A DNA stretch of 64,000 nucleotides from an uncultured Actinomycetota bacterium. Lineage in GTDB: Bacteria; Actinomycetota; Actinomycetes; JACCUZ01. A program made the translations under genes and the position numbers. The stretch is taken from the NCBI GenBank assembly GCA_963846525.1, contig CAWJWE010000009.1:1061-65060 (forward strand), given 5' to 3'. The notes below the pieces were generated by a model that was not told the DNA's origin, searched no databases, and worked only from the letters and a program-made list of their open reading frames with translations. This document shows positions 48,523 through 61,388 of this stretch, one piece after another. Each line of letters starts with the position of its first letter. The stretch's first letter is position 1.

Positions 48523-50335
48523 CGACCGGGCAGGTGCGGTCGGTCCGTGACCTCGTGCTCGACGCCGTCCTGCACGCCGCGCCCCTGATGGTGTTCGCCT
48601 ACGACCGCGACGGGACCTGCACGTTCTCCGAGGGGGCCGGGCTCAGCGCCGTCGGCGTGTCACCCGGCGAGGTGGTCGGCGCCAACCTGTGGGACTACTA
48701 CGCCGACAACCCCGACATGGTCGAGCGGCTGCGCCGACCACTGCGTGGCGAGACCTTCCTGGAGACCGACCGGGTCGGCGACCGGACCTTCGACACCTGG
48801 TACCTGCCGCTCGGCGAGGACGCCGAGGGGGTGACCGCCGCCCTCGGCATCAGCATGGACGTCACCGACCGGACCCGCGCCGAGGAGGACCTGGAGCTGT
48901 ACCGGGCGTTCGTCGACGCGGCCCCGCAGTTCATCGCGCTGGCCAGGCTGGACGGCACGGTGCTGCACGTGAACCCCGGCGGACGACGGATGGCGGGCAT
49001 CCCCGATGACGTCGACGTCACGGCCACCACGATCGCCGACTACCTGACCGCCGACGGGCTCGCGGCCAGCATCGAGGTCGAGCAGCCCGCCGTCGTACGC
49101 GACGGTCGCTACGAGGGCGAGACCACCCTGCGGCACTGGCCGACGGGCGAGGGCATCCCGGTGCGGGTCGCGTCGTTCCTGGTCACCGACCCGGCGACCG
49201 GCGCCCCGCTGGCGCTGGCCACCGTGCAGTCGGACCTGCGCGAGGTCGTCGCGGCCCGTGAGGCGATGCAGCGCCACGTCGCCCACCAGCGGGGCCTGCT
49301 GGTGCACCTGCACGAGGCCCAGGAGGCCGAGCGGCAGCGGATCGCGGGGGAGATCCACGACGACACCGTGCAGGTGATGGCCGCGGTGAACCTCCGCCTG
49401 CAGTCGTTGCGCCGCTCGTTGGAGCCGCTGCTGCCCGCCGACCGGGTCGCCGAGCTGGTGGCCCTGGACCTGGCGGTGCGCGAGACCACCGGCCGGCTGC
49501 GGCGGATGCTGGTCGAGCTCGACCCGCCGCCCGCCACCGGTGACGACGTGGCCGATGCGCTGCGGTCGGTGGTGCGCACGGCGCTGGCCGGCGAGCAGCC
49601 CGACCGGTGACGTGGTGGTGCAGATCACCGGCGAGCCGTCGCCGATCGTCGGCCGGGTGCTGATGCGCATCGTCCGCGAGGCGCTGGCGAACGTGGTCCG
49701 GCACGCCGACGCGCACGCGGTCCGGGTCGAGCTGCGCGAGGAGCCGGGCGAGTACGTGCTCCGGGTGCTCGACGACGGGCGCGGCATCGATGCCCAGGAC
49801 GACGCCGGACCGCTGCACCGCGGCGTGCGCAGCATGCGCGAGCAGGCCGACTCGGTGGGCGGCAGCTTCACGGTCACGTCCCGGCCCGAGGGAGGCACCG
49901 TCGCGCGAGGCCCGGCTGCCGCACCTGCTCGGGCACCCCGAGCAGGCGCTGACCGGGCCGGCCCCGCGGCTGTTCCTCGAGCAGGTCATGGAGAGCATCA
50001 GCGACGCGTACTGCGCCATCGACGTCGACTGGCGCTACGTCTACATGAACCGGGCGGGCTACACGCTGCTCAACCGGGACCCGGCCGACTCCCTCGTCGG
50101 GAAGGTGATCTGGGACGAGTTCGACATCGCGCCCGAGTTCGAGGCGGCCTACCGCCGGGCCCGCGACGAGCAGGTTCCGGTCGAGGTGGTGGGCTACCAC
50201 GCCCCCTGGGACCGCTGGATCCACAACCGGGTGCTGCCCACCGCGGGCGGCCTGTCGATCTTCGCGCGGGACGTGACCGAGGAGCGCCGCCAGGCCCGGC
50301 TGGTCGGCGTCGGCCGCGACGTGGTGACGCCGTGA
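48519..50335 (+). CDS. PAS domain sensor histidine kinase (HisKA_3 type), frameshifted
   Basis: [36 protein letters not shown]; [26 protein letters not shown]; [33 protein letters not shown]. Confidence 0.92.
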
Positions 50336-50720
50336 CCGGGCCGGTCGAGCTGGCGGAAGCGCTGCGCGCGGCGCTGGAGGCCCTGGTCGTCGGCTGGCCG
50401 ATCGCCGGGGTCCGGCTGGTCGGCTCCGACGGCGCGGTGCGGGCCGAGGCGGGTGACGTGGCCGCCGGCCCGGCCCGCCGGGTGCCGCTGGAGGTGTCCG
50501 GGTCGCCGGTCGGGCACGCCGAGCTGTTCGGCGAGGTGTCCCCGGTGGACGACGAGATGCTGCAGCTCATCGCCCTGCGGATGGCCGCCGAGCAGCCGAC
50601 GCACCAGTCCACGCACGAGTCCACGGACCGAGACGGAGCCGAGCGTGCCGAACCCGACGAGCGACCCGACGCGTTCCGGCGAACATGGACCAGACCCTTC
50701 CTGACCTCGCGCCCGGCGCC
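50332..50720 (+). CDS. Hypothetical protein, stop-start coupled to the kinase gene
   Basis: [46 protein letters not shown]...; 3' end uncertain. Confidence 0.4.
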
Positions 50721-51205
50721 GCTCCGCCGGCTCCCGCCCCCGCTCCGTCCCGCCGGCGGGTGCTGGCGCTGGTCGCGGTGACCGGAGCCGGCGGCGTGCT
50801 GATCACGGCCTGCGGCGGCGGTGGGGACGACACCACCACTCCGGGATCGGCGCGGCTCATCGTCGGACGCCAGCAGCGACTCCCCGTCCGCCTCGGACAG
50901 TGCGGGAGGTGCGCCGGGCAGCGGGCTCGTCGCCACCGCGGACGTCCCCGTCGGCGGCGGCGTGATCCTGGACAAGCAGAAGGTCGTGGTCACCCAGCCG
51001 GCCCGAGGGCACGTTCAAGGCCTTCTCGGCGGTGTGCACGCACCAGTCCTGCATCGTCGGCAGCGTCAAGGACGGCAAGATCAGCTGCCCGTGCCACGGC
51101 TCGGCGTACAGCGCGAAGGACGGCTCGGTGCTGAACGGGCCGGCGACCCGCGCGCTGGCCGAGGTCCCCGTCGCGGTCGAGGGCGGGAAGGTCGTCAAGA
51201 GCTGA
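50685..51205 (+). CDS. Rieske (2Fe-2S) protein with signal peptide (frameshifted)
   Basis: SRRRVLALVAVTGAGGVLITACGGG; KAFSAVCTHQSCIVGSVKDGKISCPCHGSAYSAKDGSVLNGPA. Confidence 0.9.
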
Positions 51206-51257
51206 GCCGGGGACGGTCTGGTCGGCGCGACACGCCGACCGGACGTAGGGTTGTCGG

Positions 51258-53331
51258 GTGGCAGATCCGGCGTCGTACCGTCCCTCGCCGGGCTCGATCC
51301 CGGACGCCCCGGGCGTCTACCGGTTCCGCGACGAGCGGGGCCGGGTCATCTACGTCGGCAAGGCCCGCAGCCTGCGGCCGCGGCTGTCGTCGTACTTCCA
51401 GGACATCGCGAACCTGCACGCGCGGACCCAGACGATGGTCACCTCCGCGGCCGCGGTGGAGTGGACGGTGGTCAGCACCGAGGTCGAGGCGCTGCAGCTG
51501 GAGTACAGCTGGATCAAGGAGTTCGACCCGCGGTTCAACGTCAAGTACCGCGACGACAAGAGCTATCCCAGCCTGGCCGTGACCCTGAACGAGGAGTTCC
51601 CGCGGCTGCAGGTGATGCGCGGCCCGAAGAAGAAGGGCGTCCGCTACTTCGGGCCGTACTCGCACGCCTGGGCGATCCGCGAGACCCTCGACCTGCTGCT
51701 GCGGGTGTTCCCGGCCCGGACCTGCTCGGCGGGGTGTTCAAGCGGGCCGGCCAGGTCGGCCGGCCGTGCCTGCTCGGCTACATCGGCAAGTGCTCGGCGC
51801 CGTGCGTCGGCCGGGTCAGCGCCGAGGAGCACCGGGCGATCGTCGAGGACTTCTGCGACTTCATGGCCGGCCAGACGACGACGTACCTGCGCCGGCTCGA
51901 GAAGGACATGCAGGTCGCGGCGGCCAACCAGGAGTACGAGCGGGCGGCCCGGCTGCGCGACGACATGAAGGCCCTCGAGCGCGCGATGGAGAAGCAGTCG
52001 GTCGTCCTCGGCGACGGGACCGACGCCGACGTGATCGCCTTCGCCGAGGACCCGCTCGAGGCAGCCGTGCAGGTGTTCTACGTCCGCGGCGGCCGGGTCC
52101 GCGGCCAGCGCGGCTGGGTGGTCGACAAGGTCGAGGACCTCACCACCGGCGACCTGGTCGAGCACTTCGTCCAGCAGGTCTACGGCGGGTCGGCCAGCGA
52201 GCCGGGGGAGCCGGGCTGGGGCGACAGCGTCCCCCGCGAGGTGCTGGTGCCGGCGCTGCCGCCGGACGCCGACGCGGTGCAGGAGTGGCTGACCGACCCT
52301 GCGCGGGAGCAACGTCGACCTGCGGGTGCCGCAGCGCGGCGACAAGCGCGCCCTGATGGAGACCGTCGCGCGCAACGCCGGGCATGCGCTCGCCCTGCAC
52401 AAGACCCGCCGGGGCAGCGACCTCACCAGCCGCGAGCGTCGCGCTGCAGGAGATGCAGGACGCGCTCGGCCTGGACGAGGCGCCGCTGCGCATCGAGTGC
52501 TACGACGTGTCCCACCTGCAGGAGAACGACGTCGTCGCGTCGATGGTGGTGTTCGAGGACGGCCTGGCCCGCAAGAGCGAGTACCGCCGGTTCGTCATCA
52601 AGGGGCACGCAGGTCAATCCCGGTCGGGGGGCGACGTCGCGTCGATCCACGAGGTCATCAGCCGGCGGTTCCGCCGGTACGTCGAGGAGCGGGCCGAGAC
52701 CGGCGAGGTCGAGGGCGCGACCAACCTGGACGGCGGCACCGCCGGACCCGAGGTGCCCGCCGGCATCGACCCCGAGACCGGGCGGCCCCGGCGGTTCGCC
52801 TACCCGCCCAACCTCGTCGTCGTCGACGGCGGCGCCCCGCAGGTCGCGGCCGCCCAGCGGGCGCTGGACGAGCTCGGTGTCGACGACGTCGCGCTGTGCG
52901 GTCTCGCGAAGCGGCTCGAGGAGGTCTGGCTGCCCGGCGACCCGCACCCGGTGGTGCTGCCGCGCACCAGCGAGGGCCTCTACCTGCTCCAGCGGGTCCG
53001 CGACGAGGCGCACCGGTTCGCCATCGCCCTGCACCGCAGCCGGCGCTCACGGTCGATGACGGCCAGCGCGCTGGACGGCATCGCCGGGCCTCGGCGAGAC
53101 CCGCCGGAAGGCGCTGCTCAAGCAGTTCGGCTCGCTGAAGCGGCTGTCCGCCGCCACGGTCGAGGAGATCGTGCGAGGTGCCGGGCATCGGCCGGCGTAC
53201 CGCCGAGGCGGTGGTCGCCGCCCTCGCCGACCGGCGTCCCGGCGTCCGGCCGTCAACACCGCGACCGGTGAGATCCTCGACGACGACCCGCCGCACTCCG
53301 CGGACCAGTCGGTGGACGAGGAGACGCCATG
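51258..53331 (+). CDS. uvrC: UvrABC system protein C (frameshifted)
   Basis: [35 protein letters not shown]; [27 protein letters not shown]; Hh[16 protein letters not shown]. Confidence 0.96.
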
Positions 53332-54273
53332 AGCCACTCCCACCGCACCGACCCGGAACCGGAACCGGTGTCGCCGGACGCCGCCGTCGAGGGTGCCGCC
53401 GAGGGTGCGCACCTGCCCGACCTGGCCATCATCACCGGCATGTCCGGCGCCGGCCGGAGCACCGCGGCGAACGTGCTCGAGGACCTCGGCTGGTTCGTCG
53501 TCGACAACCTGCCGCCGGCGCTGCTGCCGACCCTCGCCGAGCTCGGTGGCCGCTCGCGCGGCGACGTGGCGCGGATGGCCGCCGTGGTCGACGTACGCAG
53601 CCGGGCCGTTCTTCGCCGACCTGACCGCCGCGCTCGCCCAGCTCGCCGACGAGCGGCAGCGACCCGCGGATCGTGTTCCTGGAGGCGTCCGACGACGCGC
53701 TGGTCCGGCCGGCACGAGGCCGTCCGCCGCCCGCACCCGCTGCAGGGCGACGGCCGGCTCAGTCGACGGCATCGCCCGCGAGCGCGAGATGCTGCGCGAC
53801 CTGCGCGGCCGAGGCCGACATCGTGCTCGACACGACCGACCTCAACGTGCACGAGCTCGGCGCCAAGGTGCTCGCCGCGTTCGACGCAGGAAGAGCCGGG
53901 GCTGCACGCGACGGTGATGTCGTTCGGCTACAAGTACGGCCTGCCGGTCGACGCCGACCTGGTCGTCGACTGCCGGTTCCTGCCCAACCCGCACTGGGTG
54001 CCGGAGCTGCGGCCGCTCAACGGCCGCGACGAGCCGGTCCGCGACTACGTGATGGCCCAGCCGGGCGCCGACGAGTTCCTCGACACGTACGAGCGGCTGC
54101 TCGACATCATCGGCGCCGGCTACCAGCGCGAGGGCAAGCGCTACGCGACCGTCGCCGTCGGCTGCACCGGCGGGAAGCACCGGTCGGTCGCGATGGCCGA
54201 GGAGCTGGCCCGCCGGCTGACGGCGCACGGCGTGGACACCGCGGTCGTGCACCGCGACCTGGGGCGCGAATGA
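53329..54273 (+). CDS. rapZ: RNase adapter RapZ (frameshifted)
   Basis: LAIITGMSGAGRSTAANVLEDLGWFVVDNLPPALLPTLAEL; VMSFGYKYGLPVDADLVVDCRFLPNPHWVPELRPLNG; VAVGCTGGKHRSVAMAEEL. Confidence 0.95.
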   Translation: MSHSHRTDPEPEPVSPDAAVEGAAEGAHLPDLAIITGMSGAGRSTAANVLEDLGWFVVDNLPPALLPTLAELGGRSRGDVARMAAVVDVRSRAVLRRPDRRARPARRRAAATRGSCSWRRPTTRWSGRHEAVRRPHPLQGDGRLSRRHRPRARDAARPARPRPTSCSTRPTSTCTSSAPRCSPRSTQEEPGLHATVMSFGYKYGLPVDADLVVDCRFLPNPHWVPELRPLNGRDEPVRDYVMAQPGADEFLDTYERLLDIIGAGYQREGKRYATVAVGCTGGKHRSVAMAEELARRLTAHGVDTAVVHRDLGRE

Positions 54274-55250
54274 GCAGTCCGACCGCGGGCGCGTTCCCGG
54301 ACGCGCCGGCCGTGGTGGCGCTCGGCGGCGGCCACGGGCTGGCCGCGTCCCTGCAGGCGCTGCGCCGGGTCACCGACCGGCCGACCGCGGTGGTCACGGT
54401 CGCCGACGACGGCGGCTCCAGCGGCCGGCTGCGGCGCGAGCTCGGCGTGCTGCCGCCCGGCGACCTGCGGATGGCGCTGGCGGCGCTGTGCGGCGACGAC
54501 GAGTGGGGCCAGACCTGGAGCGAGGTCGTGCAGCACCGGTTCCGCAGCGAGGGCGAGCTGCACGAGCACTCGGTCGGCAACCTGCTCATCGTCGCGCTGT
54601 GGGAGCTGCTCGACGACTCGGTCGCCGGGCTGGACTGGGTGGCCCGGCTGCTCGGCGTCCAGGGCCGGGTGCTGCCGATGTCCGTCGTACCGCTGGACAT
54701 CGAGGCCGAGGTCGAGATGCCCGGCGACGTGGTGGAGCGGGTCCGCGGCCAGGTGGCCGTCGCGACGACCGCCGGCCGGGTGCGCAGCGTCTCGCTGCTG
54801 CCCGAGTCGCCGCCGGCCTGCCCGCAGGCCGTGCAGGCGGTGCTCGACGCCGACTGGGTGGTGCTCGGCCCGGGGTCGTGGTTCACCAGCGTCATGCCGC
54901 ACCTGCTGGTGCCCGACCTGGCCGCCGCGCTGCGCGCCACCTCGGCCCGCCGCCTGCTGGTGCTCAACCTCACCGCCCAGGCGGGGGAGACCGACGGCTT
55001 CTCGCCGGCGAACCACCTCGAGGTGCTCGCCCGGCACGCCCCCGACCTCACCCTGGACGCGGTGCTCGCCGACGCGTCCGGCATCACCGACCATGATGGG
55101 CTGGAGGCTGCCGCGGCAGCCCTCGGCGCGGACGTCGTCCTCGCTCCGCTGGCCCGCGACGACCATCCCGACCAGCACGACCCGGACCGGCTGGCGGCTG
55201 CCTTCCGCCGGCTGCTCGTACCCGACCGACTCTCGAGTGACAGGATCTGA
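54270..55250 (+). CDS. YvcK/CofD family gluconeogenesis factor (UPF0052)
   Basis: Intact frame: [59 protein letters not shown]. Confidence 0.95.
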   Translation: MSSPTAGAFPDAPAVVALGGGHGLAASLQALRRVTDRPTAVVTVADDGGSSGRLRRELGVLPPGDLRMALAALCGDDEWGQTWSEVVQHRFRSEGELHEHSVGNLLIVALWELLDDSVAGLDWVARLLGVQGRVLPMSVVPLDIEAEVEMPGDVVERVRGQVAVATTAGRVRSVSLLPESPPACPQAVQAVLDADWVVLGPGSWFTSVMPHLLVPDLAAALRATSARRLLVLNLTAQAGETDGFSPANHLEVLARHAPDLTLDAVLADASGITDHDGLEAAAAALGADVVLAPLARDDHPDQHDPDRLAAAFRRLLVPDRLSSDRI

Positions 55251-55254
55251 GCCC

Positions 55255-56235
55255 ATGGCCATGACCGCCGCTGTCAAGGACGAGCTCGCCCGCCTGAACG
55301 TCACGCGGCCCTGCTGCCGCAAGGCGGAGGTGTCGTCGATGCTGCGGTTCGCGGGCGGTCTGCACATCGTCAGCGGCCGGATCGTGGTCGAGGCCGAGGT
55401 GGACACCGGCGCGACCGCGCGGCGGCTGCGCAAGGACATCGCCGAGGTGTACGGCCACACCTCCGACGTCGCCGTGGTGGCGCCGGGCGGGCTGCGCAAG
55501 GGCAGCCGGTACCTCGTGCGGGTGGCCAAGGACGGCGAGGCGCTGGCCCGGCAGACCGGGCTGCTGGACGGCCGGGGCCGACCGGTCCGCGGCCTGCCGC
55601 CGCAGGTCGTGTCCGGGGCGCTGTGCGACGCCGAGTCGGCCTGGCGGGGTGCCTTCCTGGCTCACGGGTCGCTCACCGAGCCGGGCCGCTCGTCGGCGCT
55701 GGAGATCACCTGCCCCGGCCCGGAGGCCGCGCTGGCCCTGGTCGGCGCCGCCCGCCGGCTGGGCATCGGCGCGAAGGCCCGCGAGGTCCGCGGCGTCGAC
55801 CGGGTCGTGGTGCGCGACGGCGACGCCATCGGCGCGCTGCTGACCCGGCTCGGTGCGCACGACAGCGTGCTGGCCTGGGAGGAGCGCCGGATGCGCCGGG
55901 AGGTCCGGGCGACCGCCAACCGGCTGGCCAACTTCGACGACGCCAACATGCGCCGGTCGGCGCGGGCCGCGGTGGCTGCCGGCGCCCGGGTCCAGCGGGC
56001 CCTGGAGATCCTCGGCGAGGACATCCCGGACCACCTGCGGGTCGCCGGCGAGCTGCGGCTGGCCCACAAGCAGGCCAGCCTCGAGGAGCTCGGCACCCTG
56101 GCCGACCCGCCGATGACCAAGGACGCGGTGGCCGGCCGGATCCGCCGGCTGCTGGCGCTGGCCGACAAGCGGGCCTCGGACCAGGGCATCCCGGGCACCG
56201 ACGCGAACCTCACCCCCGACATGCTGGACGCCTGA
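55255..56235 (+). CDS. whiA: DNA-binding protein WhiA
   Basis: [52 protein letters not shown]...[34 protein letters not shown]. Confidence 0.96.
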   Translation: MAMTAAVKDELARLNVTRPCCRKAEVSSMLRFAGGLHIVSGRIVVEAEVDTGATARRLRKDIAEVYGHTSDVAVVAPGGLRKGSRYLVRVAKDGEALARQTGLLDGRGRPVRGLPPQVVSGALCDAESAWRGAFLAHGSLTEPGRSSALEITCPGPEAALALVGAARRLGIGAKAREVRGVDRVVVRDGDAIGALLTRLGAHDSVLAWEERRMRREVRATANRLANFDDANMRRSARAAVAAGARVQRALEILGEDIPDHLRVAGELRLAHKQASLEELGTLADPPMTKDAVAGRIRRLLALADKRASDQGIPGTDANLTPDMLDA

Positions 56236-56276
56236 CCGCCGTACAGCCGCCGCCCGTCGCCCGTCGCCCCTCGCGA

Positions 56277-58701
<2,425 letters not shown>

Positions 58702-58708
58702 AGCGCTC

Positions 58709-59502
58709 ATGGCACGCACCCCGCTGATGGCGGGCAACTGGAAGATGAACCTCAACCACCTCGAGGCACTCGCGCTGGTGCAGAAGCTCGCCTTCTCGCT
58801 GACCGACGAGGACTTCGACGCGGTCGAGGTCGCGGTGCTGCCGCCGTTCACCGACATCCGCTCGGTGCAGACGCTGATCGACGGCGACAAGTACCGCATC
58901 GTCTACGGCGCCCAGGACGTCTCGCAGCACCCGCCGGGCGCGCACACCGGCGAGATCGCGGCCACGATGCTGGCCAAGCTGGGCTGCACGTACGTCGTCA
59001 TCGGGCACAGCGAGCGGCGGGCCGACCACCACGAGGACGACGCGCTGGTCAACGCCAAGGTCAAGGCCGCGCTGTCCGCCGGCCTGGTCCCGATCCTCTG
59101 CGTCGGCGAGCACCTCGAGGTCCGCCAGGAGGGCCGGCACGTCGCGCACACGCTCGACCAGCTCAGCGCCGCGCTCGAGGGTGTCGGGGCCGACCAGGCC
59201 AAGACGATCGTGATCGCCTACGAGCCGGTCTGGGCGATCGGCACCGGCGAGGTCGCCACCCCCGAGGACGCCCAGGAGGTCTGCGCCGCGATCCGCACCC
59301 GGCTCGCCGAGCTGTACTCCGGCGACCTGGCCGACGGCGTCCGGGTGCTCTACGGCGGCTCGGTGAAGGCGGCCAACGTCGGCCGGGATCATGAGCCAGG
59401 AGGACGTCGACGGGGCCCTGGTCGGCGGGGCCAGCATCGACCCGGAGGAGTTCGTCGGCATCATCAGGTTCCGTACGGCGGTCGAGCAGCCGGCCGGCTG
59501 AC
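58709..59502 (+). CDS. tpiA: Triosephosphate isomerase (frameshift near 59385)
   Basis: [29 protein letters not shown]; [10 protein letters not shown]; [21 protein letters not shown]; [13 protein letters not shown]. Confidence 0.97.
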
Positions 59503-59560
59503 GTAGGCTGTCCTCTCGCACCGACCCGACTGACCGCCGTACCTCTCAGGAGCTCCCACC

Positions 59561-59791
59561 GTGCAGATCGCCTTGCCGATCGTTCTGCTCGTCTCCAGCC
59601 TGCTGATGATCCTGCTGGTGCTGCTGCACAAGGGGAAGGGCGGCGGCCTCTCCGACCTCTTCGGCGGCGGCGTGTCCTCCTCGCTCGGCGGTTCCTCGGT
59701 GGTGGAGCGCAACCTGGACCGGCTCACCATCGGCATGGCCATCGTCTGGATCGCCTCCATCGTCGCGCTCGGCCTGCTCCTCAAGACCTGA
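59561..59791 (+). CDS. secG: Preprotein translocase subunit SecG
   Basis: MQIALPIVLLVSSLLMILLVLLHKGKGGGLSDLFGGGVSSSLGGSSVVERNLDRLTI. Confidence 0.95.
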   Translation: MQIALPIVLLVSSLLMILLVLLHKGKGGGLSDLFGGGVSSSLGGSSVVERNLDRLTIGMAIVWIASIVALGLLLKT

Positions 59792-59882
59792 CCGGCGCGT
59801 CGCACGTTCCGACGACCTACACTGTCGCTGCCGGTGCGCGAGCCCCGGCGGGCGACACCCTCGAGAAGCTGGGGAGCAGCAC

Positions 59883-60221
59883 GTGGCAAGTGGTAACGCG
59901 ATCCGTGGCAGCCGCGTCGGCGCCGGTCCGATGGGCGAGGCGGAACGGGGCGAGAGCGCGCCGCGGGTTCGGATCTCCTACTGGTGCGCCAACGGCCACG
60001 AGACCAAGCCGAGCTTCGCCGAGGACAGCCAGGTGCAGACCCCCGAGACCTGGGACTGCCCGCGCTGCGGGTTCCCGGCCGGCCAGGACAAGGACAACCC
60101 GCCCTCGCCGCCGCGCACCGAGCCGTACAAGACGCACCTCGCGTACGTGAAGGAGCGCCGCAGCGACGCCGACGGCGCCGCGATCCTCGAAGAGGCGCTG
60201 GCCAAGCTGCGCGGCAACTGA
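59883..60221 (+). CDS. rbpA: RNA polymerase-binding protein RbpA
   Basis: MASGNAIRGSRVGAGPMGEAERGESAPRVRISYWCANGHETKPSFAEDSQVQTPETWDCPRCGFPAGQDKDNPP. Confidence 0.96.
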   Translation: MASGNAIRGSRVGAGPMGEAERGESAPRVRISYWCANGHETKPSFAEDSQVQTPETWDCPRCGFPAGQDKDNPPSPPRTEPYKTHLAYVKERRSDADGAAILEEALAKLRGN

Positions 60222-60321
60222 CGCCGCGCCGGCTCGAGGGCCCGGAGCGAGCCGCGAGCAGCCCCTGGGCAGGGTGCCGTGTCGTGGTTACAGTGCCACC
60301 GAGGCGATCTTGCTCGGAGAC

Positions 60322-60341
60322 CCAGACCTTCGACGGTCTGG
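60322..60341. promoter_or_regulatory. 7-bp inverted repeat CCAGACC-TTCGAC-GGTCTGG upstream of the iron-type ABC operon
   Basis: Read directly; lies ~20 bp upstream of the GTG start of the solute-binding protein. Confidence 0.25.
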
Positions 60342-60362
60342 CATCCCGGCCGAGGAGCGGCG

Positions 60363-61388
60363 GTGCACACAGGGGTGGCGGGTCGGGCCGGCCGCGGGTC
60401 GGCTCTGGTCGCTGCGCTGCTGGTGCTCGCGGCATGCGGAGGCAGCGGCTCGGACGACGCAGACCAGACGCCGGCCGGTAGTACGGGCGGCAGCGGCAAA
60501 CCGGCCGGCGAGGTCACCCTCTACACGTCGTACAACCAGCCCGAGGTGGACGCCCTCATCGCGGCCTACCGCGACGAGGTGCCCGCGGTCACGGTAAAGG
60601 TGTTCCGTGCGCCGACCGGGGAGCTGAGCGCCCGGATCGCGGCGGAGAAACGGTCCGGCGGGGTCCAGGGCGACGTGCTGCTGCTGTCCGACCCGCTGTC
60701 GATGCAGCAGTTCGCCGCGCAGGACATGCTGCGCAGCTGGCGACCGGCCGAGCAGGACGCCGTCCCGGCCGAGGCCCGGTCGGACACCTTCTGGGGAGTG
60801 ACCACCAGCAACGTGGTGGCCGTGCACCAGCCCGGCCTCGAGGTGACCGACTGGCATGACCTCACCGGGCCGGCGTTCACGGACGCGGTCGCGCTGCCCG
60901 ACCCCAACTTCGCCGGGTCGGCGTTCGGGACGCTGGGCTACTTCGCCTTCGATGACGCCTTCGGCCTGGACTACTACCGCGCCCTCAAGGACAACGGCGC
61001 GGTCCAGGTGGCCGCGCCGGGTGACGTGGTGACCGGGGTGGCGGAGGGCCGGTTCAAGGCCGGCATGGCGCTGGACTTCGTCGCCCGGGCCGCGATCGCC
61101 AGCGGCTCGCCGCTCGAGATCTCGGCTCCGGCGCCGGGAGCCATCCGCCTCTACGGGCCGATGGCGGTGTTCCAGGACACCGACAACGCGAAGGCCGCGG
61201 AGTCGTTCGCCGGGTTCCTGCTGACGGTCCCGGCGCAGAAGGTGCTGGCGGAGCTGGACCGGCACCCGATCCGGGCCGACGTGCCGGCCACGGCGGCGGA
61301 GGTCGACGAGGTCGCCCCGGACTGGCCGGCGGTGTTCGGCCAGCAGGACAAGCTCCGGTCCGAGTACGGCGCCGTCTTCGATGGCTGA
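60363..61388 (+). CDS. Extracellular solute-binding lipoprotein, iron-type ABC transporter
   Basis: Lipobox-like ALLVLAACGGS; GEVTLYTSYNQPEVDALIAAYRDEVPAVTVKVFRAPTGELSARIAAEKRSGGVQGDVLLLSD. Confidence 0.9.
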   Translation: MHTGVAGRAGRGSALVAALLVLAACGGSGSDDADQTPAGSTGGSGKPAGEVTLYTSYNQPEVDALIAAYRDEVPAVTVKVFRAPTGELSARIAAEKRSGGVQGDVLLLSDPLSMQQFAAQDMLRSWRPAEQDAVPAEARSDTFWGVTTSNVVAVHQPGLEVTDWHDLTGPAFTDAVALPDPNFAGSAFGTLGYFAFDDAFGLDYYRALKDNGAVQVAAPGDVVTGVAEGRFKAGMALDFVARAAIASGSPLEISAPAPGAIRLYGPMAVFQDTDNAKAAESFAGFLLTVPAQKVLAELDRHPIRADVPATAAEVDEVAPDWPAVFGQQDKLRSEYGAVFDG

